Program-made: the position numbers and the translations under genes
In this document: one piece after another, positions 1 to 9,911 of the stretch
Numbering within the stretch: position 1 is the stretch's first letter
Layout of the letters: each line of letters begins with the position of its first letter
NCBI GenBank assembly: GCA_038065615.1
Contig: JBBTQQ010000008.1
Coordinates: 10,658-74,657 of the forward strand
Source of the DNA: Patescibacteria group bacterium
Lineage (GTDB): Bacteria; Patescibacteriota; Doudnabacteria; UBA920; VMFF01
Reading direction: 5' to 3'
Length of the DNA stretch: 64,000 nt
Notes under the pieces: model-generated
Told to the model about the DNA's origin: nothing
What the model saw: only the letters and a program-made list of their open reading frames with translations
The model's database searches: none

Positions 1-60
1 CATCCGTGGTTGTTTGGTGTAAGCAAAAGGAAAAAAGAATTAACCGCTGAAGGAAAGTAA
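1..60 (+). CDS. 3' end of an upstream gene, probably protein translocase subunit SecD (partial)
   Basis: Open frame HPWLFGVSKRKKELTAEGK* ends at TAA 58-60, 3 nt before secF; identity inferred only from the usual secD-secF order. Confidence 0.45.
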   Translation, partial: HPWLFGVSKRKKELTAEGK

Positions 61-63
61 ATC

Positions 64-957
64 ATGTTGAACATCATAAAACACTACAAATTTTGGTTTT
101 CAGTTTCTGCAGTGCTTTTCATAGCAGCAATAATTTCTCTTTCAATGTATGGCCTAAGACCAGGATTAGATTTCACAGGTGGTTCATTAGCACAGATTTC
201 TTTCAAGACCCAACCAAACATTCAAGCAATTAAAGACGAGGTTTCTAAGGTTGTTGAGAACGCAGCTGTTCAAACAGCAGGGGATACTGATGTTATTATT
301 AAAACCAAGGCTTTAGAAAAAGATCAGCTAGACAAGATATACGCAGGATTAAGAGCAACACAAGGCGAGTTTACTGAAAAATCATACAATTTAATTGGTC
401 CAATTGTTAGTAAAGAATTAGTCTGGAAAGCAATTTGGCAATTAGTTTTAGTTTCTCTTGGTATCGTTTTCTATATCGCATACGCATTTAGAAAGATTAC
501 AAAACCAATTACTTCGTGGAAATTCGGTTGGGCTGCAATCATTGCGTTACTTCATGACCTTGTAATTGTTCTTGGATTGTTTTCAATCTTAGGGCACTTT
601 GCACATGTTGAGGTAGATACAATGTTTGTTACAGCATTACTAACTGTTCTTGGTTTCTCAGTACATGACACAATCGTTGTTTTCGACAGAATTAGAGAAA
701 ATTTAAGAATTGAAGCAGGTAAACCAATTGATGAGATTGTTAATCACAGCATAAACCAAACAATCGTTCGTTCGTTAAACACTTCTTTGACAGTTTTGTT
801 TGTATTACTTTCTCTCTTGTTATTCGGTGGTGCGACAATCAAGTATTTTGTTCTAGCACTTTTCGTAGGAGTCATAGCTGGAACATACTCCTCAATATTT
901 ATTGCCAGCCCTCTCCTAGTTATCTGGGAGAAGTGGCAACATAGAAAAGCGTCCTAA
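64..957 (+). CDS. secF: Protein translocase subunit SecF
   Basis: GLDFTGGS motif, 'GFSVHDTIVVFDRIREN', 'SINQTIVRSLNTS', six TM segments. Confidence 0.97.
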   Translation: MLNIIKHYKFWFSVSAVLFIAAIISLSMYGLRPGLDFTGGSLAQISFKTQPNIQAIKDEVSKVVENAAVQTAGDTDVIIKTKALEKDQLDKIYAGLRATQGEFTEKSYNLIGPIVSKELVWKAIWQLVLVSLGIVFYIAYAFRKITKPITSWKFGWAAIIALLHDLVIVLGLFSILGHFAHVEVDTMFVTALLTVLGFSVHDTIVVFDRIRENLRIEAGKPIDEIVNHSINQTIVRSLNTSLTVLFVLLSLLLFGGATIKYFVLALFVGVIAGTYSSIFIASPLLVIWEKWQHRKAS

Positions 958-970
958 TAGGGCGCTTTTT
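945..970 (+). terminator. Intrinsic terminator-like hairpin overlapping the secF stop
   Basis: AAAAGCGTCC-TAATA-GGGCGCTTTTT. Confidence 0.5.
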
Positions 971-975
971 AATAT

Positions 976-1869
976 ATGAAAATAGATCTACAAATACATA
1001 CAACTTTTTCTGATGGAAAAAACTCTCCAGAAGAAATAATAAAGATGGCGGTTGAAAATGACGTCAAAGTCATTTCAGTTACAGACCATGACTCAATAAA
1101 AGGGGTTAGTGGGATTATTGCACTCGGTAAAATAAACGGAGTTACAGTTATACCAGGAGTTGAGATAGCCACAGGTTACAAAAGTAAAGCTCTCCATATT
1201 TTAGGCTACAATGTAAATCCTCAAAACAAAGATTTACAAGAACTTTTTGATAGATCACGAAAAGAAAAAGTTGAGCACTACATCAAAGAACTTGAGGTCG
1301 TAAATCAAAACTTAAAAGTGGCGGGTAAAGACGAGCTTTCAGTTGAAATATACTCTGACGGAAAACACAGATACTCATACCCAGGTTTAATGGCTTTTTT
1401 AGTGGAACAAAAAGCAGTTCCTGATATTAACGGCACTGAACAGTTTATGAAAGGCGTCAAGCATGTTGCACCTTCTGTAACACCTAAACAAGCTTTTAAA
1501 TTCATTCATGATGCTGGAGGTTTAGCATATTTTTCACACCCATTATCTGCGGGTGGCATTTCTTTAAAAACTTTTTTAAATACACCAGAAGAATGGGAGG
1601 CTGTCATCGCTGAGTTTGAGGCAGACGGTTTGGATGGTTTAGAGATATATCAGGGGTCTCATATAAAAGAAGATCGAGATTTCTTGCTAGATATGGCTTC
1701 TAAATACGATTTGAAGATTAGCGCTGGTAGTGATTGGCATGGTCCTGCTTCTATGCTTTCTACTTCGTTGCTTAAAACAACACCAAATTACCCTGAAAAG
1801 ATAGGGGATTTAGAGATTCCTGAGGATAAAGTGGTTCTAATACTTCAGGGCCTTGGAATTACTGCGTGA
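976..1869 (+). CDS. PHP-domain metal-dependent phosphoesterase (TrpH/YciV-like)
   Basis: 'DLQIHTTFSDG', 'TDHD', 'PGVEI', 'HILGY', 'GSDWHG' PHP motifs. Confidence 0.9.
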   Translation: MKIDLQIHTTFSDGKNSPEEIIKMAVENDVKVISVTDHDSIKGVSGIIALGKINGVTVIPGVEIATGYKSKALHILGYNVNPQNKDLQELFDRSRKEKVEHYIKELEVVNQNLKVAGKDELSVEIYSDGKHRYSYPGLMAFLVEQKAVPDINGTEQFMKGVKHVAPSVTPKQAFKFIHDAGGLAYFSHPLSAGGISLKTFLNTPEEWEAVIAEFEADGLDGLEIYQGSHIKEDRDFLLDMASKYDLKISAGSDWHGPASMLSTSLLKTTPNYPEKIGDLEIPEDKVVLILQGLGITA

Positions 1870-1879
1870 GACTGTATTC

Positions 1880-1908
1880 TTGACACAATGTAAAGTTTAT
1901 GATATATT
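1880..1908 (+). promoter_or_regulatory. Sigma70-type promoter
   Basis: TTGACA-17 nt-TATATT with extended TG, upstream of the ORF at 1937. Confidence 0.65.
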
Positions 1909-1936
1909 CTAGGCGTATAGAAAAATACGTCTTTTT

Positions 1937-3070
1937 ATGTCAGATTCAATAGAACAAGAGAAAAAAGCAATATCTGGGATTTTGGATAAAATCATAGACA
2001 GCAAGCAAACTGTCTCTTTACAGAATTTTGAGCCCGCTTTAGTAGCTGGTAAGATATTAAGCTTGTTAAAAGAAAGAGATCGCCAGATCCTTGCAAAGCG
2101 TTTTGGTTTGCTTGGCTTTCCAGCAAAAACCCTTGAGGCAATAGGTAAGGAACACAATTTAACCAGAGAACGAGTTAGACAGATTGAAAAGGATTCAATC
2201 AAGTTTTTGCGTTCTAAACTAGATCAAGAACAGCTTGCAGAATCTGTCAAAGTTTTAGCGCATATTATTCACGATTCTGGAAGAATCATTAAAGAACTTG
2301 AGTTAATCAAGCTTTTGAGTTTTGAGTCTACTGAAGCAGAAAAGCGCTCTGTTTTGTTTTTGTTACATATTGCAGAAGAATTGTTAGAAGTTAAGGAATC
2401 TGAGTTGTATCATGCAGCTTGGGCTTCAGTTACATACAATCACGAGTTCTTTGAAAATATAATCAAGACTGCACGTGAAATACTAACAGCAGAAGGTAAA
2501 CCAATAACTGAATTAAACCTGATTGAAAAACTACAGCAAAGCGAATTCTACAAGAATAACCAGAAAGATTTAAACGAAAAGATTCTAAAGACATACATTG
2601 AGATTAGCAAAGAGATTGCTAGAAATCCTTTTGGTGAATATGGTTTGAAAGATTGGCGTGAGATTAAACCAAAAGACGTTGGTGACAAAGCATACATTGT
2701 TTTAAAGCATCATGCAAAACCATCCCACTATTCTGAAATTACAGAAATGATCAACAAGCATGGTTTTGACAAGAGAACCGCAAACAAAGAAAGCGTACAC
2801 AATGAACTAATCAAAGACGGACGTTTTGTTTTAGTTGGTCGTGGTATTTATGCCTTGACTGAATGGGGCTACAAGAAAGGCGTTGTTGCTGATGTCATTA
2901 TTGAAATACTAGAAAGATCAAACCAACCACTAAGTAGAGATGAGATCATTTCAGAAGTTATGAAAAAGCGTATGGTTAAAAGAAATACTGTTTTAGTTGC
3001 TCTTTCAAACAAGAGTCTTTTCAACAAAGTTCAAAGAAATAAGTACGAGTTAGTAACTAGAGCAAAATAA
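1937..3070 (+). CDS. DNA-binding protein with sigma70 region-4-like HTH and C-terminal winged-helix (HARE-HTH-like) domains
   Basis: 'RFGL..KTLEAIGKEHNLTRERVRQIE' sigma-4 HTH; 'VHNELIKDGRFVLVGRGIYALTEWG' wHTH. Confidence 0.8.
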   Translation: MSDSIEQEKKAISGILDKIIDSKQTVSLQNFEPALVAGKILSLLKERDRQILAKRFGLLGFPAKTLEAIGKEHNLTRERVRQIEKDSIKFLRSKLDQEQLAESVKVLAHIIHDSGRIIKELELIKLLSFESTEAEKRSVLFLLHIAEELLEVKESELYHAAWASVTYNHEFFENIIKTAREILTAEGKPITELNLIEKLQQSEFYKNNQKDLNEKILKTYIEISKEIARNPFGEYGLKDWREIKPKDVGDKAYIVLKHHAKPSHYSEITEMINKHGFDKRTANKESVHNELIKDGRFVLVGRGIYALTEWGYKKGVVADVIIEILERSNQPLSRDEIISEVMKKRMVKRNTVLVALSNKSLFNKVQRNKYELVTRAK

Positions 3071-3102
3071 GCTTTTTGCTTTTCTAAACCAAGAAACAAA
3101 AA

Positions 3103-4422
3103 ATGGGAATTTTTTCAACGATATCAGAAGGTTTTGGTTCAACCATCTCCACAGGATGGTATTTGTTTGTACATTGGTATGGTTGGGTTTTGTTCGTCAT
3201 CGCGGGTTTTTACATAGTTAGAAAGCTTTATCAGGACAAGATCATGGATGATTATGTCTTTTCTAACAAAAGAATTTTTTTACATATAAAAATAGAGAAA
3301 GAGAATTTGCAGAGCACCCTTGCTGTTGAACAAATTTTTGCCAGTATGCACGCTATGCACCAGAACTTTACCTGGGCTGAACGATGGTTAGAGGGTTTAG
3401 TGAACCTTTGGTGGACAGCAGAAATGGTAAGTTTAGGCGGTAAAATCTCTTTCATCATTTCAGTCCCAGAAAAAGTAAGAGGTCTTGCTTTAAGTTCTTT
3501 TTACGCGTATTACCCAAACGCAGAAATTGCCGAGGTTGAGGATTACATGAAGAACCTAACTCATTTGGATGATAATTCTTCTTGGGATATATGGGGCACT
3601 GAATACAAATTTACTAGAGACTGGGCTTACCCAATCAGAACATGGAGAGAATTTGAACACCCAGCAGCAGAAGAACCAGTCATTGATCCAATGGCAGGAG
3701 TTTTGGAAGCATTAAGTAGAGCAGAACCGCATGAAATGCTTGCAATTCAAATTGTCATGCGTCCAATTGCTGACAAAGACTGGGCTCCTCACTCAGAAGA
3801 AGTAGTTCAAGCATTAAAAGAAGAGGGTGATCACCACGTTCCATTCTTAGAAAGGATTTTACCTTTCTTAGCTTGGGGTAGTAAAAAAACAGTTTTAGAA
3901 GCAATACAAAAAGGTGGTGGTCAAGGCGCACATGGAGAAGAACAAAAGCAACCAAAAGTAATGCGTATGACAGAAGGTGAACGAAATACAGTTAAAGGAA
4001 TTGAAACCAAAGCAACCAAACCTGCATTTCAAACAAAGATTCGCCACCTATACATTGCACCAAAAGACAAGTTTGACAAGAACAAGAAGAGCTTACTTGT
4101 CGGCGCTTACAGGCAATTTGGAGCGGTTAATTCAAACAATTTAAAACCAGATGTTAATGGAACTTGGACAAACTATAACTACGCGATGTTTGAAGCCTTA
4201 GAAAAACCTTTTGTTAAGTTTATGATTATGGAAAGAAAACATTTATTACTTCAAGGTTTTGTTAATAGAAGCAGATGGATTGGTATTGATCCAATGATCA
4301 TGAACATTGAAGAGCTAGCAACGTTGTACCACTTCCCATTAAATACAGCCTCAACTCCTCCCGTTGAAAGAATTGATATTAAAAAAGGTCAGCCACCAGC
4401 TAACCTTCCGGTTATGAGCTAA
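3103..4422 (+). CDS. Membrane-anchored conserved protein of the type found beside VirD4-like ATPases in CPR bacteria
   Basis: N-terminal TM; 'YPNAEIAEVEDY', 'YPIRTW', 'MNIEELATLYHFP' motifs; directly upstream of the ATPase. Confidence 0.65.
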   Translation: MGIFSTISEGFGSTISTGWYLFVHWYGWVLFVIAGFYIVRKLYQDKIMDDYVFSNKRIFLHIKIEKENLQSTLAVEQIFASMHAMHQNFTWAERWLEGLVNLWWTAEMVSLGGKISFIISVPEKVRGLALSSFYAYYPNAEIAEVEDYMKNLTHLDDNSSWDIWGTEYKFTRDWAYPIRTWREFEHPAAEEPVIDPMAGVLEALSRAEPHEMLAIQIVMRPIADKDWAPHSEEVVQALKEEGDHHVPFLERILPFLAWGSKKTVLEAIQKGGGQGAHGEEQKQPKVMRMTEGERNTVKGIETKATKPAFQTKIRHLYIAPKDKFDKNKKSLLVGAYRQFGAVNSNNLKPDVNGTWTNYNYAMFEALEKPFVKFMIMERKHLLLQGFVNRSRWIGIDPMIMNIEELATLYHFPLNTASTPPVERIDIKKGQPPANLPVMS

Positions 4423-4425
4423 ACT

Positions 4426-6111
4426 ATGCAAAACGAAAACGAAGTCACATTATTCGCCAAAACCAATTTCCGAAACAAGCAGGTGCCTTTTGGTATCAAG
4501 AGAGAAGATCGTAGAAAGCACATGTATGTCATCGGTAAAACTGGCATGGGCAAAACAACGATGATGGAAAACATGATCATCCAAGACATTGTTAATGACA
4601 ATGGTCTTGCTTTTGTTGATCCGCACGGCGATTCAGTTGAGAAGATTTTAAACTATATACCAGCCAGAAGAATAAACGACGTGGTGTATTTTAACCCGTC
4701 AGACATGGAATTTCCAATTGCTTTTAACATTCTTGAATCAGTCGATCCAAGATACAAGCATTTAGTCGCATCAGGATTAATGGGAGTGTTTACAAAGATA
4801 TGGGCAAACCTTTGGTCTGCTCGTATGGAATATATTTTAAACAATGCTATCTTAGCTTTACTTGATTCACCAGGGAATACACTTCTTGGTATTTCAAGAA
4901 TGTTAATTGACAAAAAATATAGAAAGCGGATCGTTGATAACGTAAAGGATCCGGTTGTTAGATCTTTCTGGCAAGATGAGTTTGCTAACTGGAACGAGAA
5001 ATATAGAATGGAAGCAATTGCTCCAATCCAAAACAAAGTTGGACAGTTCCTTTCTTCAGGAATCATTAGAAATATTGTTGGTCAACCAAAATCAACCGTT
5101 GATTTAAGAGATTTAATGGATAACAAAAAGATTTTGTTAATGAACCTTTCAAAAGGACGTGTTGGTGAAGACAATTCAGCGCTTCTTGGCGCCATGATTA
5201 TTACCAAACTTCAATTAGCGGCTCTTTCTCGTGTTGATATCCCAGAAGAAGATCGTAATGACTTCTATCTATATGTAGATGAATTTCAAAACTTTGCAAC
5301 AGAATCATTTGCAACAATTCTTTCTGAAGCAAGAAAATACCGCCTTAATTTAATTATTGGTCACCAATACATTGGTCAGCTAGTTCAGGAAAACAACAAC
5401 ACAAAGGTTAGAGACGCTGTATTTGGAAACGTTGGAACAATCGTAACATTCAGAGTTGGTGCTGCTGATGCTGAATTCTTAGAAAAGGAGTTCATGCCAA
5501 TATTCACAGAAAACGATCTTGTAAATATTCCAAAACATACAGTTATATTAAAGTTAATGATAAACGGGGTTGCTTCAGATCCTTTTACTGCAGAAACACT
5601 TCCTCCTGGAACATATGAAAAAACAGATAATGGTGAAAAGATTATTCGTGTTTCTAGAGAAAGATATGCAAATCCAGTAACTGATGTTGAGGACAAGATA
5701 ACTAAATGGATGGGGCAAGAGTTCCATGAGCAGGCTGCGTTAATAGCTGGAAACCAAGTTTTGGAGGGTGAAGAACAATTGGCTCCTCAAGCACCTATAC
5801 AGCAAGAGGTTTCAGCTCAACCAGAGATGGTAGAAGCTCCAAAAGCCATGGTTATGCAACAAGCTGAGGCTATAGAAAAAAAAGAAACTCTTCCAAACCC
5901 TGAAAAGAAAAAGAAAAAGAAATCAGGTAATCCAAACAACAGGAGAGACGAGAATCCAATCTGGAATACAGTTGCTAAAATGACTGATCAAAAGATCAAA
6001 GAAACTGAAACCCCTAATGTCTTGTTAAAGACTCTAGAAACAGTTAAAGTGTCTGAGAGTCCAAAAAAAGTCCTTAAACCTGGAGAATCAGTAAAGCTTG
6101 ATGAAATCTAA
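4426..6111 (+). CDS. Type IV coupling-protein-like (VirD4/TraD/HerA-FtsK family) ATPase
   Basis: Walker A 'GKTGMGKT', 'DPHGD', Walker B 'LYVDEFQNF', 'SEARKYRL', 'HQY'. Confidence 0.88.
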   Translation: MQNENEVTLFAKTNFRNKQVPFGIKREDRRKHMYVIGKTGMGKTTMMENMIIQDIVNDNGLAFVDPHGDSVEKILNYIPARRINDVVYFNPSDMEFPIAFNILESVDPRYKHLVASGLMGVFTKIWANLWSARMEYILNNAILALLDSPGNTLLGISRMLIDKKYRKRIVDNVKDPVVRSFWQDEFANWNEKYRMEAIAPIQNKVGQFLSSGIIRNIVGQPKSTVDLRDLMDNKKILLMNLSKGRVGEDNSALLGAMIITKLQLAALSRVDIPEEDRNDFYLYVDEFQNFATESFATILSEARKYRLNLIIGHQYIGQLVQENNNTKVRDAVFGNVGTIVTFRVGAADAEFLEKEFMPIFTENDLVNIPKHTVILKLMINGVASDPFTAETLPPGTYEKTDNGEKIIRVSRERYANPVTDVEDKITKWMGQEFHEQAALIAGNQVLEGEEQLAPQAPIQQEVSAQPEMVEAPKAMVMQQAEAIEKKETLPNPEKKKKKKSGNPNNRRDENPIWNTVAKMTDQKIKETETPNVLLKTLETVKVSESPKKVLKPGESVKLDEI

Positions 6112-7174
6112 GAAGATTTTAAAACAAAAGAAAAAAGTATTAGTAGCGCTTTCAGGCGGAATTGACTCTGCGGTAAGCGCTGCTTTGTTGTTGCAACAAG
6201 GATATATTGTTGAAGCTGGGTTTATGAAAAATTGGAGTTCAACCGAAGGGCTATTACGAAATGAATGTCCTTGGCTTGATGACAGAAGAGAAGCTTTAAA
6301 GGTTGCTGCGTCTTTAAACATTCCATTGCATACTTTTGATTTTGAAAAACAATATCAAGAAAAAGTAATGCAGTATTTCTTTAAAGAATACAAAGCAGGC
6401 AGAACTCCAAACCCTGATGTCATGTGTAACAAAGAGATCAAGTTTAAGCTCCTCTATGACAAAGTAATCAACACGGGCTTTGATTACATTGCGACAGGAC
6501 ACTATGCTCAGATTAAAAACAACAAACTCATCAGATCAACAGATGAATTTAAGGATCAAACATACTTCATCTACAACCTTAAAAAAGAACAACTAAAACA
6601 TATTCTTTTCCCAATCGGAGACTTAAAGAAGACAAAAGTTCGACAACTTGCAAAAAAGATTCATCTTCCAAACGCAGACCGTAAAGAAAGTATGGGTCTT
6701 TGTTTTGTTGGAAAGATTCGTTTAGATCAGTTTCTTTCGCAGAAACTCAAACCAAAACAAGGAAACATAGTCGATACAAAAGGCAATGTTATTGGAACAC
6801 ACAAAGGCACTTCTTTCTACACATTAGGGCAAAGACAGGGGTTAGGTATAGGAGGAACAGGTGGCCCTTACTATATCGCAAAAAAAGACGTTAAAAAGAA
6901 TCTTTTGGTAGTTACCGAAGATCCACATGACAAGCTTTTAGAGTTTAAAGAGATCCATGTTTCAGAGATTAACTGGATTGATATACCAAAGAAATACCCG
7001 ATTGTTTGTAAAGGGCGTTTTAGACACCAACAAGCGCTTCAGGAGTTGAATCTTCACAAAGAAAAAACAGGGTACATTGTTAGGTTCAAAAAACCACAAT
7101 TCGCAATTGCTTCAGGACAAAGCCTTGTTTTGTATAAAGGAAAAGAGTGTTTAGGTGGGGGAGTGATTATCTAA
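6101..7174 (+). CDS. mnmA: tRNA-specific 2-thiouridylase MnmA
   Basis: 'ALSGGIDSAV', 'GRTPNPDVMCNKEIKF', 'ATGHYA', 'KDQTYF', 'ESMGLCFVG'; ATG at 6101. Confidence 0.97.
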   Translation: MKSKKILKQKKKVLVALSGGIDSAVSAALLLQQGYIVEAGFMKNWSSTEGLLRNECPWLDDRREALKVAASLNIPLHTFDFEKQYQEKVMQYFFKEYKAGRTPNPDVMCNKEIKFKLLYDKVINTGFDYIATGHYAQIKNNKLIRSTDEFKDQTYFIYNLKKEQLKHILFPIGDLKKTKVRQLAKKIHLPNADRKESMGLCFVGKIRLDQFLSQKLKPKQGNIVDTKGNVIGTHKGTSFYTLGQRQGLGIGGTGGPYYIAKKDVKKNLLVVTEDPHDKLLEFKEIHVSEINWIDIPKKYPIVCKGRFRHQQALQELNLHKEKTGYIVRFKKPQFAIASGQSLVLYKGKECLGGGVII

Positions 7175-7205
7175 CAATAACCGCGTCTAATAACTGTACA
7201 GCCCA

Positions 7206-7237
7206 TTGACTAATACCACCGAAAGTGGTATTTTTTG
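7206..7237 (+). promoter_or_regulatory. Overlapping sigma70 promoter and terminator-like hairpin
   Basis: TTGACT-17 nt-TATTTT; the spacer forms AATACCAC-CGAAA-GTGGTATT followed by a T-run (could terminate mnmA and/or act as an operator). Confidence 0.55.
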
Positions 7238-7284
7238 ATGTTAGTCAGTCATGCAGGAGGATCACCATTCCACCGAGGAAGACC

Positions 7285-7557
7285 ATGCGACAAATCGATT
7301 TGTGGGGCCTGCTTCATGAAGCTGCCATCGCTGACAGCCCTGCTGAGGCTCAAGAGTTCCGCGAGAAGTTCTTGAAAGCCATCAGCGCCCTGGATAGCTG
7401 GACCCAGTGCATCATGCTTGACCTGTACGACGAGGTGTTGCGTCGGTGTCCAGAGGAGCTTCCAAGGCAGATGATCTTCTACATGTACTGCGGCAGTAGC
7501 CGAGTTGGCACGACAGAGCATGGACTCGGCGTTCTTGAGCCCGAGGTGCTGCTCTAG
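7285..7557 (+). CDS. GC-rich orphan 90-aa protein (MRQIDLWGLL...LEPEVLL)
   Basis: GAGGA SD-like site before ATG 7285; GC3-rich codons; promoter upstream; no recognisable family. Confidence 0.55.
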   Translation: MRQIDLWGLLHEAAIADSPAEAQEFREKFLKAISALDSWTQCIMLDLYDEVLRRCPEELPRQMIFYMYCGSSRVGTTEHGLGVLEPEVLL

Positions 7558-7602
7558 TTGGACAACGAGGCGTCCGTGTAGCGCTGTTCTCGCGACAACA
7601 AA

Positions 7603-7636
7603 ACAGGGGCGATCTCTTTGCTGAGACCGCCCCTGT
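7603..7636 (-). terminator. Intrinsic terminator, probably of hppA (possibly bidirectional)
   Basis: On - strand ACAGGGGCGGTCTC-AGCAAA-GAGATCGCCCCTGT then TTTGTTGT; G.U pair works on the - strand. Confidence 0.7.
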
Positions 7637-7655
7637 GTCACGTTTGGGTATATCT

Positions 7656-9644
7656 TTAGTGTTTAATGAACTTAACCATCAACAACGCGACAATGTTAAT
7701 AATTTTAATCATTGGGTTAATTGCAGGTCCTGCGGTATCTTTGTATGGATCACCAACAGTGTCTCCTGTAACTGCTGCTTGATGAGCAAAGGATTTCTTT
7801 CCACCATGATGACCTTCCTCAATGTATTTCTTTGCATTGTCCCATGCAGCACCACCGGTTGTCATGGATATACCAACAAACAAACCAGTGACTATGGAAC
7901 CAACAATCAAACCGCCAAGTGCTTTAGCACCAAGAGTTAATCCCACAACGATTGGAACAACTACTGGGATGAGGGCTGGAATAATCATTTCTTTAATCGC
8001 GGCTTTAGTTACGATATCAACAGCCTTTGTGTAGTCTGGTTTTGCTGTTCCTTCCATAATCCCTTTAATCTCTCTAAACTGTCTTCTAACTTCTTCTACA
8101 ACAGCATGTGCTGCTTTTCCAACAGCTTGCATTGCAATGGAAGCAAAGAGGTAAGGCAACAAACCTCCAATGAACAAACCAACTAAAACTTTTGGATCTG
8201 AAATATCAAAGCCAGTATTAATTCCTCTATTTGTTAATTCTTGTGAGAATGAAGCAAACAGGATGATCGCAGCAAGTCCAGCTGATGCGATTGCATAACC
8301 TTTTGTTACTGCTTTTGTTGTGTTTCCAACAGCATCTAAAGGATCAGTAATATCTCTTACTTCTTGAGGCATACCAGCCATTTCAGCAATACCACCAGCA
8401 TTGTCAGTTATTGGTCCAAACGCATCAATTGCAACAACAATTCCTGTCAGAGACAACATGCTCATGACAGCCAAAGCAACACCGTAAAGTCCTGCTTGAT
8501 TGTGTGACACCAAAATTGCAGCAACAATTGCTAACACAGGTAGCGCTGTTGATTGCATTGAAACAGCAAGACCTGTAATGATATTTGTTCCGTGTCCAGT
8601 TGTTGAAGCTTGCGCAATATCTCGCACAGGTTTAAAGCTTTTTGATGTGTAGTACTCTGTGATTAAAACAATAGCCGCGGTTACTACAAGACCCATTAAA
8701 GCAGAGGTGTAAAGCTGCCAGAAAGTAAACTGTGTTTGAGCTGCCATCATGCTTTGAGTAATAGGGTAGAAAGCAACCGCAGAAAGAAGTCCTGAAACAA
8801 TAAGGCCTTTGTAAAGCGCGCCCATAATACTTTTTTTAGAGCCAAGTCTAACAAAAAATGTTCCAATAATTGTTGTAATGATTGAAGCTGCACCTAGGAT
8901 TAAAGGATAGGTAATTGCTGCTTCGAAATCTTTGAAAGTTAAAGAACCAAGAAGCATAACTGCGATTGCTGAAACAACGTATGTTTCAAACAAATCTGCT
9001 GCCATACCCGCATCATCACCAACATTGTCACCAACATTGTCTGCAATGACTGCTGGGTTTCTTGGATCATCTTCTGGAATACCGCTTTCTAGTTTACCAA
9101 CTAAGTCAGCACCAACATCAGCACCTTTTGTAAAGATTCCACCACCGAGTCTTGCAAATACAGAAATTAAGGAAGCTCCGAAACCAAGACCAATTAAAGC
9201 GTTTAAGTCTTTGTTAAAAGCGTAGAATCCTGCGACAGAAAGAAGTCCAAGACCTACTACAAACAAACCTGTTACTGTTCCGCCTTGAAAAGCAACAGAA
9301 AGAGCATGTCCTAAACCTTTCCTTGCAGCCTCAGCTGTTCTGACATTTGCTCTAACAGCAACATTCATTCCAATGTAACCTGCTAGTGCTGAAGCAACTG
9401 CTCCAATCAAAAAACCGACGATTGTGCCGGTGCTAAAATGAAAGACCCACATTAAAATTGCTAAAACAAGCGCAACGCCTGCAACAGTCTTGTACTGTCT
9501 GTTTAAGTACGCGTTTGCCCCCTGTTGTATAGCTTGCGCTATTTCCCTCATTTTCTCATTACCTTGCTCTTTCTTCAAAACATTGAAGATGAGCGCTGTA
9601 CCGTAAATTAAAGAAAGCACAGCTGCTATGATCGGAAAGGTCAT
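7656..9644 (-). CDS. hppA: Membrane-bound ion-translocating pyrophosphatase, K+-independent type
   Basis: '[11 protein letters not shown]', '[11 protein letters not shown]', '[10 protein letters not shown]' (Lys variant), '[11 protein letters not shown]'. Confidence 0.95.
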   Translation of the reverse strand: MTFPIIAAVLSLIYGTALIFNVLKKEQGNEKMREIAQAIQQGANAYLNRQYKTVAGVALVLAILMWVFHFSTGTIVGFLIGAVASALAGYIGMNVAVRANVRTAEAARKGLGHALSVAFQGGTVTGLFVVGLGLLSVAGFYAFNKDLNALIGLGFGASLISVFARLGGGIFTKGADVGADLVGKLESGIPEDDPRNPAVIADNVGDNVGDDAGMAADLFETYVVSAIAVMLLGSLTFKDFEAAITYPLILGAASIITTIIGTFFVRLGSKKSIMGALYKGLIVSGLLSAVAFYPITQSMMAAQTQFTFWQLYTSALMGLVVTAAIVLITEYYTSKSFKPVRDIAQASTTGHGTNIITGLAVSMQSTALPVLAIVAAILVSHNQAGLYGVALAVMSMLSLTGIVVAIDAFGPITDNAGGIAEMAGMPQEVRDITDPLDAVGNTTKAVTKGYAIASAGLAAIILFASFSQELTNRGINTGFDISDPKVLVGLFIGGLLPYLFASIAMQAVGKAAHAVVEEVRRQFREIKGIMEGTAKPDYTKAVDIVTKAAIKEMIIPALIPVVVPIVVGLTLGAKALGGLIVGSIVTGLFVGISMTTGGAAWDNAKKYIEEGHHGGKKSFAHQAAVTGDTVGDPYKDTAGPAINPMIKIINIVALLMVKFIKH

Positions 9645-9746
9645 ATCTTTGTTCTTTTTCTTAATTAAAAGGTTAATTTTACTTGCTTATTATGCCAAAA
9701 AAGCCCAGGTTTTGCAATACCTTAAGGCTTTGACTGTCAACACTAT

Positions 9747-9911
9747 TTACTTATGTCTTGATCTTTGAAAAATGATGGTAAAACCCCATATTCCAATGAG
9801 CAAGTGTATCAGGAGGATATATGCCGGTAGATCAAAGTATTCCTTGAAGGCAAACCCTAAAACACCGACTAAAATACCTCCAGTAGCACAAACTACAGCG
9901 TATAGTTTCAT
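9747..9911 (-). CDS. Small two-TM membrane protein (54 aa), not in ORF track
   Basis: MKLYAVVCATGGILVGVLGFAFKEYFDLPAYILLIHLLIGIWGFTIIFQRSRHK*; ATG overlaps upstream stop (TAATG). Confidence 0.55.
   Translation of the reverse strand: MKLYAVVCATGGILVGVLGFAFKEYFDLPAYILLIHLLIGIWGFTIIFQRSRHK

Noticed and set aside
7249-7641. 130-aa antisense ORF in the GC-rich cassette
   Set aside because: Typical shadow frame of GC3-rich coding sequence; promoter and SD support the + strand.
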